A DNA stretch of 64,000 nucleotides, taken from positions 98,892,001-98,956,000 of the forward strand of contig CM052816.1 in the NCBI GenBank assembly GCA_028534125.1, in the 5' to 3' direction. This document shows positions 60,503 through 64,000 of the stretch, piece after piece. A program made the position numbers and the translations under genes. Under the pieces are notes generated by a model. That model did not search any database, had not been told where the DNA came from, and saw only the letters and a list, made by a program, of their open reading frames with translations. This stretch comes from Lama glama. Its lineage: Eukaryota. Numbering within the stretch: position 1 is the first letter of the stretch; the number at the start of each line of letters is the position of its first letter.

Positions 60503-62784
60503 ATCTGTGTCCATTTCTTTCCATAGAATATTTGAGGCTGCTTAAAATGAAATAAATATCAGTCAAAAGTAAAATGCGTACAAGAATAAAGTAAGAAACA
60601 CCAAAGGAAAGGCATGTGCACGACGTACCAGAGCCAGCATGCTTCCTGTGAACGATTTTAGGCGGGGCCCGGAAGCCCACGGGCATCTTAGGTCAGAAGG
60701 GACGCAGAAACACGCACACACAGACCCCAGCTGTGAGCAGGAGGACACGCCGCGTTCCAGGTGGCGCGGAGTTTCCCTGGATCTAAATTCCAAAAGAGTG
60801 TTGTCCTGTGTAGAAGCTTTACGTTGTGTTATAAGGAATAGTTCTGTTACGTAGAATGGGGTGTTTGGATGATCGGTCAGGCGCAGGCACGGGGTAACAC
60901 CATGGAGAGGTGTCTGAAAGGGAAAGAGACTTGTTACACCCACAGGTCCTGGAGAAGGGGACGTGGCAGTCCCTGCGGGGGACCACGTGCCGCGAACGCC
61001 CGGCCCCCGCGGGTGGGGGGCTGGGAGCGAGGTCCCAAGGGCAAGTGCTTGTACGGGGGTCAGGGTGGGGCACAGAAGCAAAAGGTGTGTGTGAATGCCA
61101 CGGGGCCACAGTCTGGGGAGGACAAGAAGGGAACTTGCCTGGCCACACCTGTGCCCCTGTCAGCTGGGAGGGGTGCTCACAGCACGTTTGTCGGGGTGTT
61201 GGGAAAGTCCCCGACTTTCTTCTGCTGCCCCTTGTGTGGAGTGAAAATAATGCTCATGCAAAACCCTTCCTCTCACCCCCAGAGCTGGCGTTCTCTTTTA
61301 GGGCAACACAAAGGTACTCTAGTACCAAGTGACTGATTCATTTTATCTCTAGAGCATATCACAACTACGATCCTCATTCACGCATGACAGAGCTCTGTGG
61401 TTACCCAAAGCCGACTTCTTTCTGGGATTTATAAAAAAGTGAATTGCATTCTCTTCAGTTCATCCTCAACTTTCCCACCAGTTCACTTTCCAAAGTCTTT
61501 AATCCTTTGTTCCACGATTTTCCAGTTCCTGGAGAATAAAGCCCTGACACTTTAGGATGGAACTTAGGTCTCTCCACTTCAGTTGTGGGTCCTGCCGCAA
61601 GGAGTAACTCAAAGGGTCTCAAGTCCTGTCTGATGCTCAGCATCCTGCCTGGGCTCCTCTTCACAAAGCTCTTGGACAAGGACACCATCTCTGCTGGTGC
61701 TGCGGTGGAGGGGGGGACCATCCATTCCTGGTGCGGCTCAGACTGTGGGCCCAGTTCTAATAGCTGAGTTTCCATCATATGCTTGTCACCAAGGAAGAGG
61801 TGCAAGAAATGCAGTCACAGTGTCAGCTGTCAGACAGGGCATCCAAATGTGGGGAGATGATCTGGGGTCCAGAACCAACGGCCGAGGGGCCCTGGCTCAC
61901 AGAGGCCTGTGTGGAGGAAGAGGGCTTAGCTGACCAGGATAAGGGCGATTCCTCCCTGAGGGGGAGCGCCAGACAGAAGGGAGACTGGGCCTGGATTAAC
62001 GGCCCTGGAGCATCCAGGGTGAAGGGAGGGAGAGCCTTTCTCTACGGCCTCCCTGGCCACATCAGAGGGCTCACCGCAGTCCTGGGTGCCTCCTTCAGAG
62101 GGTGGGAAACAAAGCACAGTCTGAGAATCAGGGCCAGGATGCGCAGCCGGAGAGAGCCCGGCAGAGGGGAGGTGGGAGCAGTGACGACCGTCAGCTGTCC
62201 AGAGACGCTAAGAACGCGGTGCTCCTCTCGAATATGTTGAAGGTCCAAGTTCAGAGTCAGCTCTGTGCTGTCTTTGGACGGCCCAGTGGGCCCACTGCAT
62301 TCAAATCCTGTGACAGGAACTGCAGCCCCAGACTGACAGGAGGCAGGGCGTCCAGACACGGGGAGGTCGCAGTGGTGAGAAGTCTCACTGGAGGCTGCAG
62401 GGCTCAGCTGTCCGACCCCCGCAGGGGTGCAGTGGGGGGACGTCCCTGAGAGGTCTGGAAAGGGATCCGGGTCAACACATCCAAACGCCATCAGATGAGG
62501 ATCTGTCTCGTGGGCTTCCTCACTCCCTTAATTCCCTTGGCACTGAAGTGCACACCTCATGCCCCTCCCCGGCCTACGCCGGGCCCTCCCTCTCATACCT
62601 TCCTAGTTTCTGCACAAAGTCCTGCCACCATCCAGAAAAGCGCAAGTCGCAGCTGTTTCCAGAGTGCCCTGCATCCTTGCTCTAGACCAGTCTCTTGAGT
62701 CTGTCTCGAAGTAACTGCAAACACATGCACCCCTTTCCTCTCCTGGCCCCAGGGTCTAATCACAGCACTCCGCAAACACTCTCA

Positions 62785-63610
62785 CGGTCCTAGCTGATTC
62801 CCCACACCCTGCCCTCTGATCCAGGCTCTACACAGCAGCAAACGAATCTTCTCTAACGTAAAGGGGATCCTGCCACCCCAGATTAAGCCACTTCCCTCAC
62901 TTCCCGTTCGCTTTAGAATGAACCCAAGCATCTTCCTTGCCCCTAGGGCTCTGGTTGCGCTCAGACCCATCTCTGTAGCCCCATCTGGGTGGGCCACCCT
63001 CTACCCAGTGCTTATCCCCAGACGCACTGGCTTCTCTCGGGTCCTTGGATGTGCCACGGTCTTCCCTCTGCAGACTGTGCACCTGATGCTGACTCTGGAG
63101 GAATGTGCGTCCCTCCCCTGAGCTAGGCTGGTTCCTTCTCGACAGTCATCTCTGCTCTCAGGTCCCCAGACTGAGCACAGACTACCCCCCCCCACTCCTT
63201 ACAAGGCAGCCCTCCCACCAGCCTCCTGCCTCCCGGCCGCCCAGTCTTCCTTTCTGCTCACGTATCACACTTCACGGCTACTTTGACTATTGGTTTCCTT
63301 TTCTGGGCTTGTTTTGGTCCATGTGAGCAGGAATCAACTCTGTGGGGCTCCTGGGCCAACTTTTCACATAGGCCAGGCCACCCCTGGCCACCACCCACCA
63401 AGTCACCCTTCTGACTCTGGTCGTTTTTTGTTGGTTGTTGTTTGTTCGTTTGTGTGACGTTTGATTTTACTGGACTCAGTTTTAGTGACTTCACGCCTCC
63501 TGCGGATGCCCCAGCAGACCGTCAGCTCTGTTAGGGCGAGAGTTCCACGTTTTCAGTGTCTGTTCCAGTCCTGGGCACACCTGAGGTGCTTACTAAGAGC
63601 TTGCTGACTG
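62785..63610 (+). mobile_element. L2 LINE 3' region (fragmented)
   Basis: CTCTACACAGCAGC...CTTTAGAATGAACCCAA...CACTGGCTTCTCT...GCTGGTTCCTTCTC and a terminal CAGCTCTGTTAGGGC...GGTGCTTACTAAGAGCTTGCTGA. Confidence 0.6.
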
Positions 63611-63787
63611 TGTGTGCTGGGAACAGGGGCATCACTGGACCCCCTCTAAGGCTTAGCAGCATGACTCTTGTGTGACTGGCACCCAGACAAATGTACATTT
63701 TTAGCAAATGTGGAAGTCGCCAGCAGAATGTCTTCACGAGGACCAGGTGTCTCTGGACCTCCGTGTGGCTAGTGGGAGACACTGAAG

Positions 63788-63960
63788 CCTGGGAGTTGGA
63801 AAACCCTGCAGTTACACCCTAACCCCGTTTTTCACTCTGTGGGATGTTGGAAAAGCTACATGACATTGTTACAGTCCTGTGTCTCACCTTCAAAATGGGA
63901 CAGGACGTAATGGTGTCACGCGATTGCTGAGATGCTCAGGGAAAACAGGACACATGGGTC
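63788..63960 (+). mobile_element. MIR SINE (degenerate)
   Basis: CTGTGGGATGTTGGAAAAGCTACATGAC...TCTCACCTTCAAAATGGGA. Confidence 0.55.
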
Positions 63961-64000
63961 TCCTGATGCTCTAGGCGAGAGAACAAATCTCCCTCTGAAC

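Noticed and set aside
1..64000. Prokaryotic or viral systems (operons, CRISPR, defence islands, intact provirus)
   Set aside because: The sequence is mammalian and repeat-rich. The LTRs are dissimilar solo elements, I saw no gag/pol/env sequence between them, and there is no repeat-spacer array.

Overview
This is mammalian nuclear DNA, almost certainly from a camelid (camel/llama/alpaca lineage). The evidence is two copies of the tRNA-Ala-derived Vic-1-type SINE and several cetartiodactyl-type L1 3' ends. I cannot recognise any intact protein-coding gene, RNA gene, CRISPR array or prokaryotic system. The ORF track is chance ORFs plus degraded L1 ORF2 pieces. The window reads as intergenic or intronic DNA filled with retroelement and DNA-transposon fossils (L1, L2, MIR, MaLR/MLT1, MER21, ERV1 solo LTRs, MADE2, MER3, MER5). 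It has one clear CpG-island/promoter-like block at about 23.8-25.2 kb and a 500-N scaffold gap inside a (CA)n microsatellite. The most interesting items are: the orphan CpG-island promoter with possible spliced exons; a compact GC-box/AP-1/RFX X-box module; a roughly 60-bp L1 5'-end-only insertion with apparent target-site duplication; a young/old chimeric L1 junction; GC-shifted ancient repeats; and two perfect palindromes. All repeat subfamily names come from recalled consensus sequences, not from a search, and repeat boundaries are approximate. I did not find a convincing new biological system.
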